This document shows, in pieces, positions 12,070 through 22,847 of a stretch of 64,000 nt of DNA. The stretch covers positions 1 through 64,000 of the forward strand of contig NW_015170414.1 in the NCBI RefSeq assembly GCF_001447785.1, read 5' to 3'. Positions within the stretch are counted from its first letter, which is position 1. Each line of letters opens with the position of its first letter. The translations under genes were made by a program, and so were the position numbers. Origin of the DNA: Gekko japonicus. Taxonomy: Eukaryota. The notes under the pieces are model-generated. The model ran no database searches. It saw only the letters and a program-made list of their open reading frames with translations, and was not told where the DNA came from.

Positions 12070-14990
12070 CTTCTTACTCAGAAGACACATCATGTTCAGA
12101 GGCATATCGTGTTAGATCATGGATTTTTCTCTCCCTCTAAGTAGCCTCCAAAGACCCTAAAAAGCTAATGCTGTTATTTGGTGGAGCTTTGTGGACCAAA
12201 TTCCGCAAGCTGCAATGGGATATCATATGGAGCGTGAATTGGGAAAAATCGATGCCCCTCCCCTTCCTTTCTTCCACTGCTGCAGCAAGGCTTCTGTTGG
12301 GAGAAGAAGGGCAATTTTGACCGATTCTCCTTCCTCACTGCAGCCTTCCCCCACCAGTAGCTCACAGCATTTTTGTCCACTGAGCTTCCTTGACCTCTGT
12401 CATTGGCTTTGGGGAGACTGAAGGAGGAGGAAGGCAGAGATCATAGGATCCAACCCAATGTGTATTGAAAAGTTGAATACTTGTGATTTTTATCCCAAGT
12501 ATCAATACCTATAGGTAAAGCAGGAGAAATTCCACTGAAGCATATCTCTGTGGTGTGAAGTAGACCTGGAACAGAAGGCCAGATTGCTCTTGTACTTGAT
12601 AAGCTAGAAGCACTGAATAAATAGATTTTTTTTTCCAGAGAATCTGTTTATTTTTCCCATGCATGTTCTTTCTGTGATTGCTAGTAGAAGGGATAATGGA
12701 ACTCTTGGAGAAAGGATTTTTCATTTATTTGTTAGAAAGGTATTATTTCATCACTGCATTTTTTTTAAAAAAAATATCCCTTATATTAAAGCTATGCTGT
12801 AATATTATATGGCATTACTGTCCTGGACAAACACGTAAGAGCCAAAGGAACCCAAATGAAAACTGGTACCAGCCCAGAACTATTTGTTGTTTCCATTGGA
12901 TGGTTTGTGCAACCACTCATTGGTTACAATAAGCCAGTGCTGCTTTCCTGGTATGTCCCAATTTTGGGGGGGGGGGGAGACACCTAACAGGATGCCGCAT
13001 GCAGTGATGATGTAACATTGCTCAAGTCTTAAATGTCAAGCATCAGTGATTTTGAAAGTTCTGTGATTACAGCAAAACAGATGTGTGATTTTCAGATTTG
13101 ATTCCGTTCAGATGCACATTTTTTCCTAAGCAGTAGCTCTACCTCTGTAGGAAAATTATGCATGAAGGGGCACTGTGTTCAGGGCCAAACTAGATGAGAC
13201 AGCAGATGTGTCATCCAGTATGTTTTTAAAGAGATACTTGTATGCTTTCCCCATAGGGCAAAAAGCAGCTTTGGGAGAGGCAGGATTTAGTAGAATGTCA
13301 GATCTTCCAGGTTAAACTTAAAACAAAAAGTGGGAAATCCCATCATGGATCTGCCAACATCTCATTTACTTTGCACCTCATTTTAATGCAAAACTAAATG
13401 TGTCAAATATCATAAGAAGAGGGGAAAAGAGTTTAGCAATCATATTCCAATAGAGACCGAAGTCAGCATTGCCTCATATTTATGCTTGACATACATTTCT
13501 GACCCTAAGCCCTCTTCCTTCTTTGATTTACTGTTCTTGTTTCAGTTCAAAGCATTCCACTTCTGAATTGTTGTGTAGATTAAGAATTTTCCATTTAATA
13601 TTCACACTTTGTGTATGTGTTTACCTTGACCTAAATACATTTGGTTCTTACCCAGATGCTTATTCTGTTCCTTAAAATCCTCATGCTATGAAGTTGCTTG
13701 TCAGCTGTCTACCTCCTACATATTACTGTCTGATGGCCCAGCAGTGTGAATACTACACCAGAGGACAACAACTACAAGAGTCCTAACATAGAGTTAATAA
13801 AGTCTGATGAGCAACTCCCTGGTGTGGAAGTCTTAAGTTTGCTCAGTGAGAATTTGATAACCTCTGCTGTCCATATAAAAGCCTTTTATTATTGAAAGCA
13901 ATGGTAACATTGATATGCAGTGTCACCCGAAAACAATATGCCATTCAAATGATTGTCATAAATTTATGATGTTTCTTTTTCAGCATAAAATTCTTTGGCC
14001 TGTTTCATCCATGTCTTTTTAAAGTAAAAAGAGTGAGTAATATTAGGAATTGGACTATTTATTTACTGCATTTCTATCTTGTCTGTCCTCCAAATAGTTT
14101 GGGGTAGCAAACACAGTGTCCTGTCTTCTCCCCACATCTTTATTCTCATATCCACCCCAGTGCACTAGGCCAGGATAATGAACATCATGCTTCAGCTACC
14201 ACATAACAGTAGCATTTTGCCACATGAATCTTATACTATGACTTGTAAGAAACTTTTCCTTATAAAATAATAATGAAAATATGGTTTGAGAGCATCATGT
14301 GCTTGATATTAAAAATATCATGGGCATGGTCTGCCCACTGCATAAGCAGATCTTTGCATGAAAAATTTCCTTAAACTCAAGAGCCTTGTCCTCTCTCTAC
14401 TGACTACCATGTTCATGTAGTGCTGGGGGAAATGGGAAGATGCTGTACTATGCTCCAGAACATGGATATTCTGTCATTTCACAGAGAGAATTAAATTTAC
14501 TTATGTGGGTCCTGAAGAAATGTTATGACACCATCCAGCTTGCTTAAGGCAGCAACCTGTTGATTATTACATAAACTATACTTCAGGAGCCTTTCTGAAC
14601 AGTATGCTAGATACAAGTACTCTGAGATATAGCCTAAGGGTTGGATTCAGCAGTTATTTAGCACAATGTGCTTCTAGTCTTTGTTGCATCCCATTCATTC
14701 AACAGTACCTACATACTCTAAGAAAAATTGATTCCCGGTGTTATGGGACCTGCAAGAATTAATAGCCATGTTCTTTGGTGAGCTGCAGTGACAAATGGGA
14801 AAAAGACAAAATTGCCTCTCTTCTCAGAGGTGTGATCCCACCTCTTCCTCCTCCTCACAGTAGCCCTGCAACCTGCAGTTCCAAGAATTGCCTTTCCTGG
14901 GGTTGAAAGGAACTGCTGTGTGTGTGTGGAGGGGGAATAAAGAAAAGATCTGTGATCCTTATGTCTATAAGTTACTGGATACAAACCATA

Positions 14991-15500
14991 GGCCTTGCCA
15001 CCCGGGCAGGAAAACGCGGGGGCGAGGCATGGCTGTTTGCCCCGGAGCAAACTAACGTGCGACTGCGCGATCAGGCGTCGGGTTGAGGTCCCGTCGAGTT
15101 CCCGTGGTTAGGGGGGAGGTGCCAATCACACGACACGGCAAAGAAGCGGAGCGGCGCGGCAAATGGGGTTGTGTTTGTTTTTTTAACTGAAATGTGCGCA
15201 TGCTCTGTTGGGTGCTTGTGCGCATCCATGGAGACTTGGGGGGGGGAACCTTTTTGCGAGGGGACATGGGCGGGCACCGGAACTACCACCGGAAATGCGA
15301 TCAGACACCCGCCCTTGCCCCGCGGTTTCCGGAAACTAGTACCTCCGAGGTACTAGTTTTTTACCCCGCATCTTCGGCAGGAAGCCTTAGGTGCGCCACG
15401 GGAGCTCTACGCTTCCCAGATGTGGCGGTGAGATCGCACCCAGAAAATCCGCCTATCTTCCATCTCTCTAGCATGCCTAATGCTCCGTGTGACCGGGGCC
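14991..15500 (+). mobile_element. CpG-rich PIF/Harbinger-like MITE
   Basis: Right end CCGTGTGACCGGGGCC, degenerate left end GGCCTTGCCACCCGG. Collinear blocks shared with 33685-34142 in the opposite orientation. TSD not clear. Confidence 0.65.
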
Positions 15501-16791
15501 ACTGTTGGCTATTCAGTTGTGTGCTGATTTTGAAGGTCTATCTTTAATTGACAAAGACCTTGTATTACAGCAAATTCCAATTTGATTTGCCTGTCCTGGA
15601 AAGCTAGATCAATACTTTTTCATAGCATAATGCATTGGTAATGTAAAACCCATAATGCATAGCTGATCCACCAAGTCTTTCAGCTTTCTCTCCAGTCTGT
15701 GCTGCTGCCATGTTGTCATCTGTAAGCTGGTTGTTGCAGGACAGAATGGTGGGGAGTTCTAAATGCTCCAGATATGGCAAACACATTACATTGGTTTGGA
15801 TCCAGCAGAAGACTGCTTGTAGTAGAGCTCTTGCAGAAGCGTGAAGAATGACCTCCTCTGGCTGCTTGTGCTAAATCAAAACTATTGTACCCCACTTAGT
15901 TTTCCTCTTGTGCAAAACATTGCACAAGCAATTCCAGGAGCATTTCCCATTCAGTTTTTGGTGAACAGTGTGATGTGCTCCATATTACAAATATTAATCA
16001 TGTCCCTTAGAATCATTTTTCTAGAACACATCCTTTCCTTAAATATATTCCTTTAATGAGATCCCATTCAGGGATAAATTAATATTGGAAATGTATGTTG
16101 AAGTTGTTTGGTGTGCAATCAATTCCTGTTTGCAGTACAGTTTTTGCAACGGATTGGTTCTTAGCATCATGTTACCAGAAAAATTTGTCTATGATCTGAA
16201 AGGACAAGTTTCAAGAAAGGACCCAACAATTTCATTGTAATCAAAGTGGCTCCTGGAGGAACAAGATGGGAGAGTGAATGAATTGCTGTACTTCTTTAGG
16301 CTATGAAATCAAGCTCTGGGGAAAAGCTAACGAGAAGCTCCCCTCAAAGGTACACTGGGCCAGGATAATGAACATCATGCTTGGTCAAAGGTACCAGTTT
16401 GCAAAGCATGATCCTTTTATCTTCAAGGGAAGTCATTCTCAACAATACCATCTCTGATAATTGCTGCCACATCACGTTCTTGCCTTCTAGAATGAATTTG
16501 CCTTTCAGGAAGTTGTGAGGATACATTGTCAATATATGATTCATCTCTAGGAACTGGTATAAAATTATGAATAGCCATGTGAAGCATGCAGTGCACAATT
16601 ATGTTTTCACAAGTTGGTACAAGTGCAGTGCAGCACTGAGAATTTCATTTTCACTCAGCCAATAATGCACTCAATAATTGCTCTAGTAATGCCATGGGCA
16701 CTGTAAAAGGAAGACTCCCCTGGTGTCCAGGACTGCTTATAAGGTGTCATAATAGTAGGTATTTACAGTATTGTAGATTTTTTTGGGGGGG

Positions 16792-17127
16792 GGGCTGCAG
16801 TGGCTCAAGTAGTTAAGATGCTGAAGGTTGGTAGTTCAGCAGTTCGAGACCCGAGTGCCACAAGACAGAGTGAGCTCCCGTCTCTGGTCCCAGCTCCTGC
16901 CAACCTAGCAGTTCGAAAGCAAGAAACTGCAAGTAGATAAACAGGTACCACTTCGGTTGGAAGAAAACAGTGTTCCGTGCGCCTCGGCGTCTAGTCATGC
17001 TGGCCACATGACTACGGAAATGTCTCTGGACAGCACTGGCTCTTCAGCTTGGAAACGGAGATGAGCACCGCATCCCTAGAGTTGGATTCGACTGGCTTTC
17101 GAGCAAGGGAAACCTTTATCCTTTACT
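16792..17127 (+). mobile_element. Sauria SINE
   Basis: tRNA head, 'cccagctcctgccaacctagcagttcgaaagca', 'gtcatgctggccacatgac', ACCTTT-type tail. Confidence 0.9.
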
Positions 17128-17398
17128 TAGTTTATTTTTGGCTCTTAGAGACATTACTGAAATATTTTGGTGCATTCTTCTCATTGTTATATTGCCTTTT
17201 GTCTGGCTACTGAATGTAGATGATCATGCAGAATCCATTTAATATTACTATGCACTGTTACATTAGGTTTATTTGTACTGGGAATGTTTAATCTACATAC
17301 ACTAACAGTAAATGCAGAGGGAGCAAATTATTTAACAGTCATTCAGGAAACTGCCTTCAGATGGGAAGTCCTACCTCTTAACCAGCTGACTGGCATTG

Positions 17399-17667
17399 AG
17401 AGCCAGTTTGGTGTTGTGGTTAAGAGCAGTGCACTCTAATCTGGAGAACTGGGTTTGATTCCCCACTCCTCCACATTCAGCTGATGAATGACCTTGTGTC
17501 AGTCAAAGTTCTCTGAGAGCTGTTCTCTCAAGAGCCGTTCTATCAGAGCTCTCTCAGGGCCACCTACCTCACAGGGCGTCTGTTGTGGGGAGAGGAAGGG
17601 AAGGAGATTTTAAGCTGCTCTGAGAATCTGAGTGAAGGGCAGGGTATAAATCTCATCTCTTCTTCTT
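17399..17667 (+). mobile_element. Squam3-like SINE
   Basis: Collinear with 989-1266; (TCT)n tail. Confidence 0.85.
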
Positions 17668-17688
17668 CATTGTACAATATTGCAAATA

Positions 17689-18099
17689 GCTATATACTAA
17701 TAGCCAAGTTGCCCCCGTGAGTGCGGATCGCTAAATCCACGCTCTGGGGGCACTTGGGGGGAGGGGGAGGTTTGTGCACACGTGGGGCAGTCCCCACGTG
17801 TGCACAAAAATCGAAAAAGTTGAAAAAAATTCGGGGGATGTTTAAATCCCCCCGAAAGTGACAGAGCGTACCCTGCGCATGCGCAGGGAACGCTCCGTAG
17901 CTGGCCCCGCCACCGCCTCCTCGAAGCCGGGCGGCCGGGGGGGGAGGACCGGCCTCACCGCCGCCACTGAGCCCGACAAAGGGGGGGGGAAAGGACCGGC
18001 CTCTCCGCCGCCACCTCGGAGCCGGGGGGGCCGAGCGGGGGGGATGAAGGAGACGGAGCTCTTCTCCCCCCCCCGCGAGTATCACAGGTCCCCCTCTTG
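17689..18099 (+). mobile_element. Non-autonomous Helitron-like element (CpG-rich)
   Basis: 5' end (G)CTATATACTAA after a host A. 3' hairpin CCCGCGA-GTA-TCACAGG (CpG-decayed TCGCGGG), then CTTG and a host T. No TIR or TSD. The termini each differ by one base from canonical TC...CTAG. Confidence 0.65.
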
Positions 18100-18465
18100 T
18101 AACCTATATTGTGACATTTTAAAGAGCTTCATGAGTGTTTCCTGGGAATCTTGCACAGACATTAGTGAACATTCCTCTTGCATCACACATGTTTAGACTT
18201 TTTCTGATTGCAATAACCCATTCTTTGTCTGCTGGCGCAACAACTGGTATATGAATGGCATTGGCAACACCCAGCACTCATGAGAAATTGATTAGCTGAT
18301 AAAATTAATCCCTGATGGCAGCCTGCTGATTTTTCTGTCATTGAAATTCTGGAGATGATTCTGGAAGCTCTAGCATCAAATCAAGGAAATTATGGGAAAC
18401 GTATGACGTGTTGCTTCTATATAGGTCATGTTGCTAGGAAGTTGATTATTGAATTTTCTCTCTAG

Positions 18466-19421
18466 AAGATCTTGGATGCCTCTGAAGTCTGTTTATGTGA
18501 ACTACAACCAGCTCAGACAAGTCAACCAGATGTTAATTCCCAAAATTGATGCTAACTATAGTGCTAGACAGTGCACATGTGTCATTGTTCCTTAAAGGGT
18601 TATCCTCAAATTCACAAAATTGCTACTGGAGATGGGTTAGGAAATGGAGCAAAGTGAAACTGATGAGGATTGGACTCCAACCAGACAAAAAGAGGGTAGT
18701 GAAAATACTACTGTCAGCAGTGAATCTGATGTTCATGATAATGAACATGAAAATGACATTTCAAAGGCAAAGTGTGTAATAGTGCTTGAAGTTTTGTGGA
18801 GCCCCCACTTGTTTGTTTACATGCTGCTACATCTTTGTCATAACTTTAATAAAATTACCAAAAACTGAACCAGATAGGGTTAGGTTTTTTGGTAGGAATA
18901 ATTAAAAAGGTCACTAAAATATGACACCCTGAAGACTGAAAATTGAATCTTGTTCCTAAATTTTTGTGCTGGCTCATAGAGCCAAGGAAAATTTGTTAAA
19001 GTCTTGTATATATGACCAAGGTAAAATGCAGGAAAGGGAGCAGGAGGTGTTGCAGGATATGTTGCTCTATGGCTTGTGCAAATGGAGCTGTGCTAAATTT
19101 GTTTCTGTTCTCACATCATTGGGTCCAGCCCATTGGCTACACCTGTATAGTGCTACTTACTACACTGTGCATGATACCAACAGTTCAGATGCATACCAGT
19201 GTTTCCCTTCCAAATTCAGACATAATGGTTATTGTGAATGTGTGTTGGCTACGTATACATCAAGTTATTCTGAAAAGGGAGATGCATCAGGCCACTGTAC
19301 AAAGTGCAAAAGACAAGTCCACCATTACTATTGGGACACTGAAAGAAAGAATACCAAAAGATCAACAAACATAGTATTGGTTCAGCACACCTGAGATGTT
19401 CTTGAAGCTAAATCAAATCAG
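18466..19421 (+). pseudogene. Decayed DDE transposase remnant, Kolobok-like
   Basis: Acidic SETDEDWTP..SSESD stretch, then across frameshifts HW.QP, VIL.GDASGHCTKC (19278-19307) and DTERK..IVLVQ. These resemble the recalled GDG.CDSPGH.AKY..YT.MD..T.KI...VQ core. Multiple stops and frameshifts. Confidence 0.45.
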
Positions 19422-19569
19422 GTATATTATTTCAAAACTATCACCTGTATCTATACCAGAAATGCCTAGGGAAGAGGAGCTCCTAGTAATTACCATGATG
19501 CTCACATAAACTATTGTTTCGATGGCAGGGTGGCGTTGTGCTCTTTTTTAAAAAAAGAAAGTCAATAAA

Positions 19570-19978
19570 AATGTGCTTAATTAAGTGTGAAAGGTACTGT
19601 CCTTGCGTGGACTGCCAGTTAACGACATGACAAGCTCCGATAAATCTGGCTTAGCTGGCCAGCTTAAAACTAAAAAATTGTCTCAGTGGTCCATTGGCGA
19701 ACATCAAAGAGTGCTCCTTCAGCACCTTCTCCAGTTTCTGAAATGAAAACAGAATTATTTCTTTTTTAAAAAGAGGATACTCTTGTAGGCGTTTTGGCTG
19801 CCTTGTGTTATATATATATTAGTCTAATCCTTTTTATCAAGGGCAGTTAAATGGGACGCCAGAACTCCTACAAGGAGATAACGTTATTAGATGCTTAACA
19901 CATTCAAGGCTGCTGATACAGCTAAAAGGAGGTCTTTTGTTTTTCTTTACCTTTGTTTTAAAGTACAGACTAAGAAAT
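19570..19978 (+). promoter_or_regulatory. IMPG2: IMPG2 proximal promoter/5'UTR with photoreceptor homeodomain motifs
   Basis: CTAATCC (CRX/OTX2 K50 consensus) at 19824-19830. K50 variants GGCTTA 19648-19653 and AGCTTA 19661-19666. Palindromic CTTAATTAAG 19576-19585. NRE/MARE-like TGCTGATACAGC 19911-19922. Lies directly upstream of the ATG. Confidence 0.6.
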
Positions 19979-20057
19979 ATGCATGACTTTCCTCAGAACA
20001 TCTGTTTGGGAGTCTGGATATTTGTATTGATTAAGGGGGATATGCAAGCATTTACAG
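19979..20057 (+). CDS. IMPG2: IMPG2 (SPACRCAN) exon 1, signal peptide
   Basis: ATG 19979; MHDFPQNICLGVWIFVLIKGDMQAFT then G|GTAAG. Compare recalled human [26 protein letters not shown]. Phase 1 matches exon 2. Confidence 0.9.
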
Positions 20058-20989
20058 GTAAGAAAATATACTTCAGTTATCTATATTTCTTTTGAATCAT
20101 TACTTTTATGTTTAAAAAAATGACTTAAGTAGAATGTAAAGAAATATGTGGTCAGGTTCTGCCTCTTTGTACTGGACTTTCTTTCAAGGAGACTCCTTTT
20201 AACTTGTCAGCAGTGAAATCAGACTATTCTGCAAGGATTTTTATTTTTATTTTTTTTTTGCAATTGAACACACGTGCTATAAGGTCAAAAACGCGGTTAG
20301 CCTTCATTACAGATTCAGCCTTTGTGTGCACTTTCTGCTGCGCTTATTTTTTTTTCTTCCTCCTCCATTATTATACATTATCTCACTACAGATTTTTACC
20401 AAAGGGGCCACTACATCTTTTGGTATCACTTCAGCAAACTCTGTTGCCTGTCAGTATATATTGCCTATACTTGCTATCATTCAGATTCTGGGCTTTTCAG
20501 CCATTGGGTCTCTCCCTCACCATCTAATTTACAAGAAGAGCTGTTATTCTTGCAATTGTAGCAATAATCATATGAATGAAAAATGGCTAAACCTGATTAG
20601 CTCTCAAGTTTAGCTGTGACATTAGAAATGGCTTTCAGTCATATCTCCTTGAGTGGGCATTAATCGCACACCTATTTGTAACTTGTCCACTCCTTTATGA
20701 TATCAGATGTTACACTTTGTGTTAATTGTCAGGATACTACAAATAGACTGAAAATATATAAGATAAAGTTATTGCAAGGCCTCTAAAGTGTCAGGAAAAC
20801 TTTATAACACTTTTAAAAAGAAGAGAGCATGCACAAATCAATAAAACTAAAGAAGCTTGGTACCCACTTTCATAGCCTTTGTGAGTGAGTCACTTTTGTG
20901 CTGAGATCTATAGATTGGGAAATGCTCCTCTAGAACACGTGGAAGACTCAGTTTCATGCCTTTGTGTAGGAATGACAATTGGGCATTAT

Positions 20990-21990
20990 CTAATTTGAAT
21001 ATGAACATGGACTCCGGTACCAAAGCTTGAAATAAACCCAGATGCCAACTTTGCTGCCACATACACCCAGAAAATACAATCACTGGACTTAACAATATCA
21101 ACTACACCATCTCAGGCTTATTCACCTACTCATCTTAAATGCCAACAATGCCCTTCGGTTCTCTACACAGGGCAAACAGGTCAAACTCTAAGCCAAAGGA
21201 TAAATGGACAAAAATCTGACATGAAGAATCACAAGACTGAGAAACCTGTAGGAGAACACTATATTCAATGGGTGACCTCAAAGTAGTTTTTTTATTGCAA
21301 AGGAACTTCAGGGACAGACTGGAAAGGGAAACTGCTGAATTAGAAATTATTACAATACTCAAAACAACCCCCCAGGACTTAACAGGGATAATGATTTCTT
21401 ATCTCACTACATATTCTAAACTCATTCAGTCCTTACATATGTATTCTCACCAAATACATCCTCTTTATTTTAGTGCATATTTTTTATTTGGAATAGTAGA
21501 TTGGAATAGTGATTGTAATGTAATGCAGTGAATATTGGAATGTATTTCTCTGATCAGGTGACAGAGGAGACATAATGCTGCACAACCATTCACCCCACCT
21601 CAAAGAAAAGTATGCTGTTAGTTACCTCCATGCTTGAGAGGAGACTAATGGGGCATAACAACAGGATATCAGTTATTTACTCTTAGCATTCCACAATTAA
21701 AAAGGATACATTTACACATTAGTCTCCTATTTTGACATTTATTTGCTCCACTATGGTTTTCCCTGTACTTAAATCCAAACAAATGGTGACCATATAAACT
21801 TAGCTTGCTATTACTGTTTGATCTTTACATCTGTTAAAACATCTCTATCTGCTGTTCACCGTCTGCCTATATGTATGGACTTCACTTCCATTTCAATGTA
21901 TCTGAGGAAGTGTGCATGCACATGAAAGCTCATACCTTGAATAAAACTTTGTTGGTCTTAAAGGTACCACTGGACTCAAACTTTGTTTTA
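20990..21990 (+). mobile_element. Penelope-like element 3' part (GIY-YIG remnant and pLTR)
   Basis: CQQCPSVLYTGQTGQTLSQRINGQKSD at about 21140-21220 and RETAELEII..GLNRD GIY-YIG remnants. Terminal 'ctgaggaag..gaaagctcatacc..aataaaactttgttggtcttaaaggtaccactggact'. Confidence 0.8.
21895..21938 (+). ncRNA. Minimal type-I hammerhead ribozyme motif (Penelope pLTR)
   Basis: gtat-CTGAGGA-A-gtgtgcatgcacat-GAAA-GC-TC-atac: core boxes, palindromic stem II, loopless AGCT stem III, GTAT/ATAC stem I. Confidence 0.7.
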
Positions 21991-22586
21991 ATTGGGCAAT
22001 ATGTTAAGGAAGAACTCATTTAGGAAGGGTCTTGTCACATAAGCAGCAAGATGAGGTTTCTCAGCAACACAGTAAAGGTTGGATTTGTGTGTCCTCAGTC
22101 TTCATATGAACAGAGCTCCTTTCTGTGACATGCTGTCAGTATGCTGTTCTCCAATGTATTTGTGGAAAACATGGCAAATATTTGACACAGTTAACTATGT
22201 GTTGAAAAGTTAGCCATTAAATAGTGCTGTGAGATGTTAATGGAGAAACCATATTTTGTAAGCCACATTGAACAGCTTCTCTGGAGAAGGGGGTATATAA
22301 GTTTTCCAAATAAATAAATAACAAATTTTGTTAAACTGGTCACCCTGAACATTTAGTACTTTTTGGCAGTAAAAGAACAAGAAAATCATAGTGCACAGAG
22401 AGTTTTTAAAAGATAACTACTAAAGCTCGAAACAGGATTGACTGTACTAGCATCTGTTATCTAAATGTATATATTTTTATTTTTATTTAGACTTATTTCC
22501 TTGTGAAAGGTCTTTTTAGAATTAGTAATGTGAAACTGTAGAAGTGTACAGCTGCCTAAAGACTTGTTTGTGGTGTTATTTTGCAG

Positions 22587-22847
22587 AAGACACCTATTCA
22601 CCTTCAGAGGACACCCAGGCTAAGGATGCTGCACCAGATCTTGCACCTGATGGCTGGCAAATCACAAGCCCTCCCCAGTTTCTGGACTCTAAGCATCATC
22701 TTGATTTTAGGGACTCTGAGCAAAGAAGCAGTGGCTTGGTGTTTCGAAGGAAGAGATCAATTTTCTTTCCTACTGGAGTTAAAATATGTCCAGACGAGTC
22801 TATTGAACAGGCCGCTGCCAACCATCTGAAATATTTCAAACTCAGAG
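22587..22847 (+). CDS. IMPG2: IMPG2 exon 2
   Basis: ttgcAG|...AGA G|GTAAG, 261 nt. Encodes ...[35 protein letters not shown], a furin-type RRKR followed by the conserved IMPG N-terminal block. Confidence 0.96.

Noticed and set aside
19012-19160. piggyBac C-terminal Cys-rich domain or MYND finger
   Set aside because: It needs several ad hoc frameshifts. The downstream GDASGHCTK and DTERK motifs fit a Kolobok-type transposase better.
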